Shown: positions 35,455 through 44,623 of the stretch, piece by piece | Position numbering within the stretch: position 1 is the first letter of the stretch | Layout of the letters: the number at the start of each line of letters is the position of its first letter | Source of the DNA: Candidatus Latescibacterota bacterium | GTDB lineage: Bacteria > Latescibacterota > UBA2968 > UBA8231 | Reading direction: 5' to 3' | Assembly (NCBI GenBank): GCA_965200315.1 | Contig: OZ241362.1 | Location: 960,001-1,024,000, forward strand | Length of the DNA stretch: 64,000 nt | Made by a program: the position numbers and the translations under genes | The notes under the pieces: model-generated | Told to the model about the DNA's origin: nothing | What the model saw: only the letters and a program-made list of their open reading frames with translations | Databases searched by the model: none

Positions 35455-38115
35455 ATGGAAGCGATAAGGCTAAATACCGCGTCTGTTTTGGTGGTCTTGA
35501 GTTGTGTTTTAAGCCCAGCCTATAGCCAACCCGACTATGGCAAGCGGCTAGGCGTCCCCCGAGGGGGCGGCGAGACCAGCTATGCCCCTTATGGCCCGGG
35601 CGTCCTCTTCGACGCGCTGGACCCGACCATTAAAAAGTGGTACGTACCTCAGGAGCTGTACAACGAGTACCGCTGGCGCCAGTGGGAGTACAGCAACTAC
35701 GCCCGCAACCTGTACCAGCGCTACGTCGATATCCGGCTAGAGGGCGACTATTACTACGACCTATTTGGCAACGCCATCACCCGGGGCTGGCTCATCTTTA
35801 GCAACTCGCAGACCCAGCCGCGGCAATTTGGTAGCTCGCTGGTCAAGGCCACTCGCTTTAATAGCTGGTTTTCGGGCGTGGCCATTGCCTCGGACAGCAA
35901 GGGTCAGTACCACTACGCTCTGACGGTATCAAATCGCCTGCGCACCACGCTCACCCCTATGAGCTTTTCCAAACCCTTTTGGGACGGGGTCCAGTTCGAC
36001 ATAGCCACCGACAAATACCAAGGCACTGTCATCTACTCGCGCCTTAGTTCGCCCGGCGGGGCCTCGACCGACAACACCGAAGTCCTCACCACCAATCTAA
36101 CCACGCTAATGGGCGGTCGGGCCACTGCGCAGATCGGCGACTTCACAGAAATGGGTATTCACTTCGTCAACACCCACCAGTCCAATACCCTGCGCGACGG
36201 CTTTAAGGGCAACCCCATTGCTGGGGCCTTGACAGTTGACCAAAACCAAACCGTTTCCTTTATCGAACTGGTCCTGCGCGACGACTCGCCCGCAGACGGC
36301 AGCGGTGGAGCCGCCTTCTTCCCAGTGGGTTCGGACATCATCATTACCTATAACGACGGCACCGTTGACCGCGGCCGAGAAATCCGCTTTGAACCCGCCG
36401 TCCAAGGAGGGTTCGTCCAAGAGGGATTCATCTCGGCCGATGGCTCCGAAGAGATCCGCCTGCTCTACGACTTCGACACGCCCGCCTTCGTCAACCGGGC
36501 CTCGGGTCCCAAAGAAGAAATCGCCAAAATCGAATTCGAGCTGACCATTGGCAACGACTATCAGGTGTGGATGACGTCCAACAACCAGACCAATCGCAGC
36601 GGCGAACCTGTGCTGCTGCTGGTGGCGCAAGCCGAGGGCAATGTGCAGGACAACACCAACCTGCGCATCCTCAAATTCGAGTACGGCCTGCCCACGGCTA
36701 CTCAAATTATCGGGGCCACCCTAGAGCTGCGGGACGTGGCCGGATTCAACTTCTACGGAGAGTACGATATGAGCGTGGCCTACCGCAAATACCCCAGCGT
36801 GACGCGCACCAGCCACACCACTTCGGCGGGCGTGGCCGGAGAGCAGGTCGAGCCAGCCTGGATGATCAACCTGTCTAAGGTGGCCCATCCTTGGTTCTTT
36901 TTTGGCGAAGCGTACAGCATGGACCCGCTCTACAACACCCGCACCTTTGTCACCGGCTCGGCCGGCAATATCGACTACGAAAACGAGCGCTTCCACGTGG
37001 TGGAGTTGGTAGAAGACAACGACGACCAAGACCGCGCACCCGACCTAGTGCGCGCCGATTCGCAAGCCGGTGACCGCCGGGTCTTCCCCGGCTGGGACGA
37101 GAACTATGACTTCATCTCGGACTTCAACCAAAACGACAACCTAACCATCTCCAATGGCATCCCCGACTACGACGAAGCCTTCCTCAGACACCGCGTGGAC
37201 CGACCCGACTTCCTCTACGGGATCGACATGAACAATAACCTGTGGGTTGACCGCTTCGAAAACGACGAATCCCCAGACTACCCCTATCAGAAGGACCACC
37301 GGGGCTTCAACGTCTATATGGGATACCGGCTGACCCCGGACATCCGCCTTACCATCGGGCACCTGCGCGAGGAATTGATCTCGGCCGACAAGCGCAACCA
37401 CACGTCCTATGCCCTGTTCAGTCTAGACCGGGACAATCCCCAACAAGGGCGCTTCCGCTTTATGCAGATGGTCAAGCTGGCCCAAGACAATATCCCAGAC
37501 GACCTGCTCCAGTGGTTCCCCGAAAACACGCAGCGCGATGGCCAGTTGCAAAAAGTAGTAGATCCGCTTTTAGCCCAAGACACTTGGATTAATACCACTT
37601 GGATCGGACACAACTACAACCGAGGGGGCTTAGAGGCGCATAACTATCTCAACTTGGAACTTTTTCACCAGCGCGACAGCGCGGCTCTGCGCGAGACGGA
37701 CTCCTTTTTTGGCGTCATCAACAAACTCAGCTACCGCTACGATCTGGGGACCATCCAACTTGAGCCGCGCTGGAAAAGCGAATATCGCCGCCAAACCGTG
37801 GGGCTGTTTTCCGCCGACGAGGAGACGGTGCTGACCGAGATAGTAGGGTTTCTCTTTGGATTTCCCATCCTCAACAACACCCGCATCCAAACCGGAATTG
37901 AGTACTCTTTCGCCAACGATATGAAGCGCGACAACAACGATTTTACCGGGATCGCCGGGGCCTTGCAGCTATCCAATGTGAGTTCCTACTTGGGCTACGA
38001 GGTATCTGCCCAAGTGGGTCTCAAAGCAGATTGGCGCGATTTCAAAAGCATCGAACGCGAATCGGAAATCCTGACCCAAGGCTTTATCACCCTGTATGCT
38101 GGCCTTGGTAAGTAA
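35455..38115 (+). CDS. conserved hypothetical secreted protein, putative outer-membrane beta-barrel with acidic DxDxD-like loops
   Basis: Signal peptide ending AYS-Q. The C-terminal third has amphipathic beta-strand periodicity and ends QGFITLYAGLGK. Acidic repeats DNDDQD, DENYD and DMNNN. Confidence 0.7.
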   Translation: MEAIRLNTASVLVVLSCVLSPAYSQPDYGKRLGVPRGGGETSYAPYGPGVLFDALDPTIKKWYVPQELYNEYRWRQWEYSNYARNLYQRYVDIRLEGDYYYDLFGNAITRGWLIFSNSQTQPRQFGSSLVKATRFNSWFSGVAIASDSKGQYHYALTVSNRLRTTLTPMSFSKPFWDGVQFDIATDKYQGTVIYSRLSSPGGASTDNTEVLTTNLTTLMGGRATAQIGDFTEMGIHFVNTHQSNTLRDGFKGNPIAGALTVDQNQTVSFIELVLRDDSPADGSGGAAFFPVGSDIIITYNDGTVDRGREIRFEPAVQGGFVQEGFISADGSEEIRLLYDFDTPAFVNRASGPKEEIAKIEFELTIGNDYQVWMTSNNQTNRSGEPVLLLVAQAEGNVQDNTNLRILKFEYGLPTATQIIGATLELRDVAGFNFYGEYDMSVAYRKYPSVTRTSHTTSAGVAGEQVEPAWMINLSKVAHPWFFFGEAYSMDPLYNTRTFVTGSAGNIDYENERFHVVELVEDNDDQDRAPDLVRADSQAGDRRVFPGWDENYDFISDFNQNDNLTISNGIPDYDEAFLRHRVDRPDFLYGIDMNNNLWVDRFENDESPDYPYQKDHRGFNVYMGYRLTPDIRLTIGHLREELISADKRNHTSYALFSLDRDNPQQGRFRFMQMVKLAQDNIPDDLLQWFPENTQRDGQLQKVVDPLLAQDTWINTTWIGHNYNRGGLEAHNYLNLELFHQRDSAALRETDSFFGVINKLSYRYDLGTIQLEPRWKSEYRRQTVGLFSADEETVLTEIVGFLFGFPILNNTRIQTGIEYSFANDMKRDNNDFTGIAGALQLSNVSSYLGYEVSAQVGLKADWRDFKSIERESEILTQGFITLYAGLGK

Positions 38116-40342
38116 GGCGTTTGCGCTGCACTGGCCCAAGCTGGCGGCCTTAGCCGTCTTGGCCCTAGGCTTGCGCTTGGTTTACCTGTTCCAAGCCGCC
38201 GACAGTCCTTTTTTCGACACGCCTATTGTCGATGCCAGAAGCTATACCGAATACGCCCGCGAACTGGCGACCGGCTCTTGGGCTGGGCGTCCGCTGCCGT
38301 TCTGGCAGGCCCCTTTGTACCCCTATTTCCTCGCTGTTCTCTTTTCTCTTTTTGGCGAAAACTACTATCTGCCGCGTCTGCTCCAAGCCCTAGCCGGCAC
38401 GGCTACCTGCCTGATCGTCTTCAAGCTAGGCCGCGAGGTCTTCTCGCCGACGGTGGGCTGGATAGCGGCCCTAGGAGCGGCCCTGTACGGCCCTTTCCTC
38501 TACTTTGAGGGCGAACTTTTGCCCACGGCTTGGGCTGTACTTTTCGACGCGGTGCTGCTGTTGGTCTTGTTGTGGGGTCAGCGACGAGGCGGCGCACTTG
38601 TCGCGCTTGTCGCCGGGCTTGTCCTAGGGCTGGGCACCTTGGCCGTGCCGAACGTGTTGCTCTTTGCGCCAATAGCGGCTTGGTGGGTGTATCGCTGGCC
38701 CGCTGCGACACCGCATCGCCGCGCCCTCCATGTAGTGATCTTTGCGGCCGGCCTGCTGCTGCTGGTCGGCTCGGTGACGTTGCGCAACCGCATCGTCGGC
38801 GGTGAGTGGGTGCTCATCTCCTTCAACTCGGGAGTCAACTTCTACCTCGGCAACAACCCGGACCACGACCGCACCGTAGCGGCGCGGCCCGGAGCGGGGT
38901 GGAGCGACGTGATTGACTTGCCGCAACGCGAGGCCGGCATCACCCAGCCGGGGGCTGGCTCGAACTACCTTTTGGGCAAAGCTTGGGAGTATATACACAC
39001 CGAGCCGGGGGACTATTTGGCCCTGCTCTTACACAAGGGCTATCTGTTTTGGCACGGGGCTGAGATCCCCCGCAATACCGATCCGTACTTCGCCGCTGAG
39101 TATTCGCCGCTGTTGCGCCTTTTGCTGTGGAAATACGGCCTCGCATTCCCCTTTGGCCTCGTTTCGGCCCTCTCCCTACTCGGGGTGGCCTATGTCCTGC
39201 TCAAACCGGAACGCCGCACCCCGGCAGCTTATCTCGTCTTGCTCTTTGCGGGAATCTATATGCTGTCGGTAGTGTTGTTTTTCGTCACGGGCCGCTATCG
39301 CTTGCCGGCCGTGCCCTGTCTCTTGCTGCTGGCCGCCTATGGTGCTTGTACCTTGGCTAGTTTGCGCCATAGAGCTTTGTATCTGTCGGCTGGTGCCCTC
39401 ATCCTGCTGCTATTGGTGACCAACGCCGGGACCGCGACGAACAGCCCGCAGGTGGCCGCTTTTCACCACTACTCGCTGGCGGCTGTCTATGAGAATAAAG
39501 GCATGAAGACCAACGCCTTGCAGCACTACCGCCGCGCCGTTGAACTAGACCCATCTCACCGCCGCGCCCTGCTGGGCCTCGTCCAGATGTACGGAGCGAC
39601 CCAGCGCTACGACGATGCCGCCCACACCTGGCGGCAATTCCTCGACCACTATCCCGACCAAGACGACGTCCGCCTCCAGCTAGCCGACTTTCTGCGGCTG
39701 CGGGGCCAGCCTCAAGAATCGGTGGCCGAGTACCAAAAGCTCCTAGCGCGGCAACCCGATCAGGCCCATCTGTACCTCCGCCTCGGTCGCGCCAAAGCCG
39801 CAGCCGGCCGGCTGGTGCAAGCCGAAGCGGCCTACCTTCGCGCACTCGAACTAGGCTCCCAGTCGGCTCACTACCTGCTAGGCCAGCTATACGAAGAGCA
39901 AGGCCAGCCCGAGCGCGCCGAACAAGCCTATCAGCAGCTACTAGCCCAGCAGCCCGATCATCTCGCCGGGCTGTGCCATTTAGCCGATCTGCTGTTAAAG
40001 CGGAGGGAAGAGGAAACAGCCAAAGACCATTTGCGCGCGGCCCTGGCGCTCGATCCCAACAACGCGCACGCCTTGCGCAGCATGGGCACCTTAGAGGCCA
40101 ACCAAGATCAGTACCGCCAAGCTCTCCAGCGCTTTGAACGCATCTTGCAACACCATCCCCGCGATCTCCAAGCTCGTCGCTCCCTATCCCATCTCCTGCT
40201 CAAAACGGGTCAGCGCGAACGCGCCGATGCCGAGTACGCGCACTACCAGCGCCTAAAGCGGCAACACCTCATGCAGCAACAGACGCTGGAAAAAACCAAG
40301 GAACTAGCCGATCAACTGCGGCACATGTTCAAAGTGCCCTAG
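38096..40342 (+). CDS. GT39/ArnT-like GT-C glycosyltransferase with C-terminal TPRs
   Basis: PIVDARSY, FWQAPLYPYFLA, RLLQA, YFEGELL, NSGVNFYLGNN, FFVTGRYRLP, followed by multiple TPRs. Confidence 0.85.
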   Translation: MLALVSKAFALHWPKLAALAVLALGLRLVYLFQAADSPFFDTPIVDARSYTEYARELATGSWAGRPLPFWQAPLYPYFLAVLFSLFGENYYLPRLLQALAGTATCLIVFKLGREVFSPTVGWIAALGAALYGPFLYFEGELLPTAWAVLFDAVLLLVLLWGQRRGGALVALVAGLVLGLGTLAVPNVLLFAPIAAWWVYRWPAATPHRRALHVVIFAAGLLLLVGSVTLRNRIVGGEWVLISFNSGVNFYLGNNPDHDRTVAARPGAGWSDVIDLPQREAGITQPGAGSNYLLGKAWEYIHTEPGDYLALLLHKGYLFWHGAEIPRNTDPYFAAEYSPLLRLLLWKYGLAFPFGLVSALSLLGVAYVLLKPERRTPAAYLVLLFAGIYMLSVVLFFVTGRYRLPAVPCLLLLAAYGACTLASLRHRALYLSAGALILLLLVTNAGTATNSPQVAAFHHYSLAAVYENKGMKTNALQHYRRAVELDPSHRRALLGLVQMYGATQRYDDAAHTWRQFLDHYPDQDDVRLQLADFLRLRGQPQESVAEYQKLLARQPDQAHLYLRLGRAKAAAGRLVQAEAAYLRALELGSQSAHYLLGQLYEEQGQPERAEQAYQQLLAQQPDHLAGLCHLADLLLKRREEETAKDHLRAALALDPNNAHALRSMGTLEANQDQYRQALQRFERILQHHPRDLQARRSLSHLLLKTGQRERADAEYAHYQRLKRQHLMQQQTLEKTKELADQLRHMFKVP

Positions 40343-40360
40343 GGGACGCCCTTTCCGAAA

Positions 40361-41362
40361 TCACATCTTTCGCCCACGCCCAGCGAGGCGATACTGCTGA
40401 TTTTTTGCGGTGGGCGATTCGGGGCGCGTCATTTCCACTAGTCCTGCGGACAGTGCCGGGCGCAGATAGTTTTTGCGGAATGTGGGCCGATGCGACAACC
40501 CCAGTGCCGCCATGAGTTCGGCGGCCGTTTTTGGACCGGTCTGCAAGATCGCAAGCAGCCGCGCTACTTGGTCGCTTATTTGGTCGCTTACTTGGTCGCT
40601 TACTTGGTCGCTTACTGTGGGTGTCTGAAGTGCATCCAGAATGATCTTCAGCATGAACGCAATGAACGGTGTGCTATCGCCCTCGGCCGAACTCTGCCGG
40701 ATGGCTTGGTAGTAGTCGCCTTGTCGGTCATGCACCAGACTTTCTACCGGGATGTGGGCGAATAGGGGTTTCCAGCGGGTCAGAATCAAGGTCTGCCAGA
40801 GCCGTCCCATGCGTCCGTTGCCGTCCTCAAAGGGGTGAATGAACTCGAACTCGTAGTGGAAGACCGAGCTGGCAAGCAGCGGGTGCTCATCGGTGCTGCC
40901 CAGCCATGCCAGCAAATTGGCCATGAGTTGCGGTACGCGCCTAGAGGACGGGCCGACGTGATGGACTGCGCCGCCGCCCATCACGCCAATGCCGGTGCGG
41001 CGATAGTGTCCGGGTGAGTCCAACAATCCGCTCATCAGGACTTCGTGAGCACTCAGCAGGTCGGCTTCGCTAGCCGGGCTCCACTGCTGGTATTGATCGT
41101 AGGCTTTGATGGCGTTGCGGGCTTCCTGAATGTCCCTGAGCGGCGCAACAACGGGCTTGCCATCGAGAATGGTGGAAACTTGCTCCTCGCTGAGAATATT
41201 GCCTTCAATGGCCAGCGATCCGCGCACGGTGAGGATGCGATTGATTCGCCGCAGGCGCAAATCCTGCACAATGCCTGTCGCCCGACCAATCGCCTCCCCG
41301 ATTTCTTCGATGCGAAAAAGGAGCTCCGGCGCGATTGTGTATGGCGGTTTTTCAATCTTCAT
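40361..41362 (-). CDS. Fic family protein with C-terminal HTH-like tail
   Basis: SLAIEGN; Fic motif HPFEDGNGRMGR; tail LGLSHRPTFRKNYLRPAL...QQYRL. Confidence 0.94.
   Translation of the reverse strand: MKIEKPPYTIAPELLFRIEEIGEAIGRATGIVQDLRLRRINRILTVRGSLAIEGNILSEEQVSTILDGKPVVAPLRDIQEARNAIKAYDQYQQWSPASEADLLSAHEVLMSGLLDSPGHYRRTGIGVMGGGAVHHVGPSSRRVPQLMANLLAWLGSTDEHPLLASSVFHYEFEFIHPFEDGNGRMGRLWQTLILTRWKPLFAHIPVESLVHDRQGDYYQAIRQSSAEGDSTPFIAFMLKIILDALQTPTVSDQVSDQVSDQISDQVARLLAILQTGPKTAAELMAALGLSHRPTFRKNYLRPALSAGLVEMTRPESPTAKNQQYRLAGRGRKM
40565..40615. repeat. 12-bp in-frame tandem repeat, about 4 copies (SDQV linker in Fic)
   Basis: TACTTGGTCGCT x4 with one substitution. Confidence 0.92.
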
Positions 41363-41425
41363 CTTTTGTTCAAGGTGTTCGCCTCAAGCCCGATTTTGTT
41401 GCCTCGTAGGCGGTAGCGCCGTTCA

Positions 41426-42232
41426 CTAGTACCCCAATCCGCGCAAATAGTCGCGCATCCCCGCACTCCGCCGCGCCTCGCTGACTGCGTCCTCGCCCTC
41501 GTAAGCCGGCTCGCCCGGACAACTCGTAACCCAGCGGTCAAAGCTCCGCTCGGCGAGCGCGTTGAGCACCCCGGCAAAGTCGAGACACTCGCCCTCGCCG
41601 ACCGAAACCCACTCGGGATTGTAGCGCCCCGGCTCGCGCACCGTGCAAGATGTATAATCCTGTAGGTGGACGTAGTTGAGCTGATCCCAAAAGTCCGTCA
41701 GCGACTGCACCGGGTCATAGCCCCACAGCTCGGCGTGCGAGACATCGATGCACAGCCGCGCCTTGTCCAGCAAGCTCATGTACAGCCGCCAGTCTGCGGC
41801 CGAATCCACCAGCAAGTTGGTGTGGATGTGGTAGCTTAGCTCCAGCCCGTACTGGGCCGCGTACTCGGCCCACTGCTCGGCCCCCTCGGCCGCTCGCTCG
41901 ATATCAGCGCGGTCCACCGGCCGCCCCTCCGGCTTGCGGCCACTCATAAACATGAAGCAATCCACGCCCATCTCGGCGGCGAAATCCATCCGCCGCTTGT
42001 TGCGCTCAGTGTGCTCCCAGTCGCGATCTTCGGGCGAGCCACTAGCCGTAAATACGCACAGCGGCATATCCGCGTCCTCGCACACTTGCTTCAACCGCTT
42101 TGGCGGCCCCAACCAGTCGAGCGGCAACCGCCCCTCCCAGCCGTCCCAACCGGCCTTTTTGAGCTCGGGCAGGGCTTTTGTCAAATTCGGCTGCCGCCAG
42201 CGCAGGGTCGCGTATCCCATCTTGAGTGTCAT
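41426..42232 (-). CDS. sugar phosphate isomerase/epimerase (IolE/AP-endonuclease-2 TIM barrel)
   Basis: GWDGWE, LSYHIH, LCIDVSH, YVHLQD, VGEG..DF. Confidence 0.82.
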   Translation of the reverse strand: MTLKMGYATLRWRQPNLTKALPELKKAGWDGWEGRLPLDWLGPPKRLKQVCEDADMPLCVFTASGSPEDRDWEHTERNKRRMDFAAEMGVDCFMFMSGRKPEGRPVDRADIERAAEGAEQWAEYAAQYGLELSYHIHTNLLVDSAADWRLYMSLLDKARLCIDVSHAELWGYDPVQSLTDFWDQLNYVHLQDYTSCTVREPGRYNPEWVSVGEGECLDFAGVLNALAERSFDRWVTSCPGEPAYEGEDAVSEARRSAGMRDYLRGLGY

Positions 42233-42324
42233 GATCCGCCTCCTTTGGCGTGTGGTGGTCTAACTCAAAGCCAGACAGAAAGTTCGTTGCCCTTTTCTAA
42301 CGTGGCAACGATATTTTTTTCACT

Positions 42325-44619
42325 ATGGAAAATGCACCTTCGCTCTCGCGCGGCCAAGTGCATCGCGCCCTCCGTTCCTTTGTCGTCGCCAGCGGCTTGT
42401 GGGGTGCTTGGGGGCAAGCCTGTGGGCTGGGGACAGCGGCCTTTACTGGCTTCGCCCTGTACTTAGGTGCCGACGGTGCCTTTATCGCCCTCTTCACCTC
42501 GGCCGCGTATTTCTTAGCTCTGACGCAATTGCTCGCGCCCTTGCTGAGCGCCCGCGTCCGCGACAAGAAGCGCTTTGTCGTCTTTGGCGGCTACGTGGAA
42601 ATCGCCTTCCGCGGGCTGCCGCTGATCATCCCCCTCTTCGTCCCGCAACCATACCGACTCCCGGCCCTAGTGGCGATGGTCTGCCTCAGCATGTTCAGCG
42701 GCTATGCGATTTCGCCCTTTTACAGCACTTGGATCGCCAACGCCGTGCCGGAAAATATCCGTGCGCGTTTTGCCAGCCGCCAGACCATCGTCAGCACCCT
42801 AGTGGCTATGGTTGTCGGTTTTGCGATCGGCCAATTCCTCGACCTTTTCCCCGGCGGAGGCGGCTTTGTCTGGGTCTTTGCCGCCGGGACGCTCTTTGGA
42901 TTCTTGGGCTACTTAAACCTCCGCCGCGCCCCCTTTCCCCAACAGAGGGCCGCCACTGACGAACAAAGCACGCGCTTGCGCGACCTCTTGCAGCCCTTCC
43001 ACGACGCCAACTTCCGCCGCGCCGCGCTCTTTTTTGGCCTGTGGACCTTTGGCATTGGGCTGGCCGGGCCGCTCTACAGCGTCTTCATGCTCGACCGCCT
43101 GCAGATATCCTATACCGAAGTCTCGATTTTCAACGCTCTGTTCATGCTGACCAGCATCGCTGGCTACCGGCTCTGGGCTGGCCTCATTGACCGCTTCGGT
43201 GCCAGACCCGTCCTGCAAATCCTGATGACCCCGGCCGCGTTCCTGCCTCTTATCTGGACCTTTAATCAGTCAGGGGCCTACCACTTGGTCCCCGTAGCTT
43301 TGATCATCAGCGGCATTCTATTCTCCGGGATCGGAGTGGGCATCAATCCCCTGCTCTATGGTCTGTTGCCCCAAGGCGAAAAACGCACGATGTACCTAGC
43401 CACTTGGTCGGTGACAGTCAACCTAATGGGCGCACTCGGCCCTTTGTTCGGCGGCCTGCTCGTCGCCCAACTAGAGGGCTTGCGCTTTGACGTTTTCGGC
43501 GTGCCCATGGGCGATTTACAAGTCATCTTTGCCCTCAGTGCCTTGGTCCGGCTAGCGCCTTTATTCATCCTCCGCACCGTCAAGGACGCGCGGAGCGCAA
43601 CCTCGCGCAGCCTGCTCTCGCGGATGCTGCGCGGCAATGTCCTCAGCTACGCCTACAACGCTACCATTTTCAGCCTAGCCACGGCCGAGGAAACCCGCGC
43701 CCGCGCCGCCGAGGCTCTAGGCCGTTCGGGCAATCCTCTCGCCATCGAGCAATTGGTCCAAGCGCTGGCCGACGCCAGCCCCCGGGTGCGGCGCGCCGCG
43801 GCCCGCGCCTTGGGCGAGAGCCGTTCGGCAAGCGCGGCCGAACCCCTAGTGCGAGAGCTGCTCGACGGAGCCTCAGACATCCGCAGCGAAGCCGCCGAGG
43901 CGCTGGGTCGCCTCGGATATTCTACGAGCATAGATCCGCTGGTCGATGCACTGAGCGACGCCGATCCCCGGGTGCGTATCAGCGCCATCCGCGGCCTAGC
44001 TAGCATCCGTGGGGACGAAGTCCACGAACTCTTATTCTGGCACTTTGGCAGCGATTTCGACCCTCTGACATTCCCGACGCTGGTCGATGTCCTCGGCGAG
44101 CGCCAAGACCGCCGCATCGTCCGACCCGCGCTAGGCCATCTGCCCGACTTTCCCTCCCCGGCCGTGCGCTTGCAGCTACTCAACGGGGTCTGCCGCTCAC
44201 TAGGCGCTGGCGACCAATTCTATCGCTTGCTCTCGCGCGAAGATACCGACCGCGTCGCCGCTATTACCCGCCTGCTGCGCCGGGCAACAGACTCCTTGGG
44301 CAAGGCCCGCTGCATCGACACCGAAGACCGCGCACAATTAAAAACCTTGTGCCGGGAGGTGGTCGTCGCTTATGAAGAGGAAAAGGCCGAGGCACTAGTC
44401 GAGGCCATGCGGCAGGTCGTGCATACCGTGCGCGACGGACTCTCTGCCACGAGGGACCAAGCCTACGATGTGCTCTCGGTGTACGTGGTCCTCATCGCCA
44501 TCGGCCGCTTTATCAACAGCCCGGTGCGGCAAGAGTCGCCCGTTGCCCAAGAGATTTTTCTCACCGTATGCCTAGGGCGCTTAGCTGCTTTGATCCGCGA
44601 GATCGACGATAGCATTTGA
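42325..44619 (+). CDS. MFS transporter fused to HEAT/PBS-lyase repeats
   Basis: An MFS-type membrane region (GLIDRFGARPV) followed by LVQALADASPRVRRAAARALG-type repeats. Confidence 0.85.
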   Translation: MENAPSLSRGQVHRALRSFVVASGLWGAWGQACGLGTAAFTGFALYLGADGAFIALFTSAAYFLALTQLLAPLLSARVRDKKRFVVFGGYVEIAFRGLPLIIPLFVPQPYRLPALVAMVCLSMFSGYAISPFYSTWIANAVPENIRARFASRQTIVSTLVAMVVGFAIGQFLDLFPGGGGFVWVFAAGTLFGFLGYLNLRRAPFPQQRAATDEQSTRLRDLLQPFHDANFRRAALFFGLWTFGIGLAGPLYSVFMLDRLQISYTEVSIFNALFMLTSIAGYRLWAGLIDRFGARPVLQILMTPAAFLPLIWTFNQSGAYHLVPVALIISGILFSGIGVGINPLLYGLLPQGEKRTMYLATWSVTVNLMGALGPLFGGLLVAQLEGLRFDVFGVPMGDLQVIFALSALVRLAPLFILRTVKDARSATSRSLLSRMLRGNVLSYAYNATIFSLATAEETRARAAEALGRSGNPLAIEQLVQALADASPRVRRAAARALGESRSASAAEPLVRELLDGASDIRSEAAEALGRLGYSTSIDPLVDALSDADPRVRISAIRGLASIRGDEVHELLFWHFGSDFDPLTFPTLVDVLGERQDRRIVRPALGHLPDFPSPAVRLQLLNGVCRSLGAGDQFYRLLSREDTDRVAAITRLLRRATDSLGKARCIDTEDRAQLKTLCREVVVAYEEEKAEALVEAMRQVVHTVRDGLSATRDQAYDVLSVYVVLIAIGRFINSPVRQESPVAQEIFLTVCLGRLAALIREIDDSI

Positions 44620-44623
44620 CCGC

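Noticed and set aside
40565-40615. Possible CRISPR or DGR-type repeats (also 15384-15530)
   Set aside because: They are in-frame coding repeats without unique spacers, and no cas or reverse transcriptase gene is in the window.
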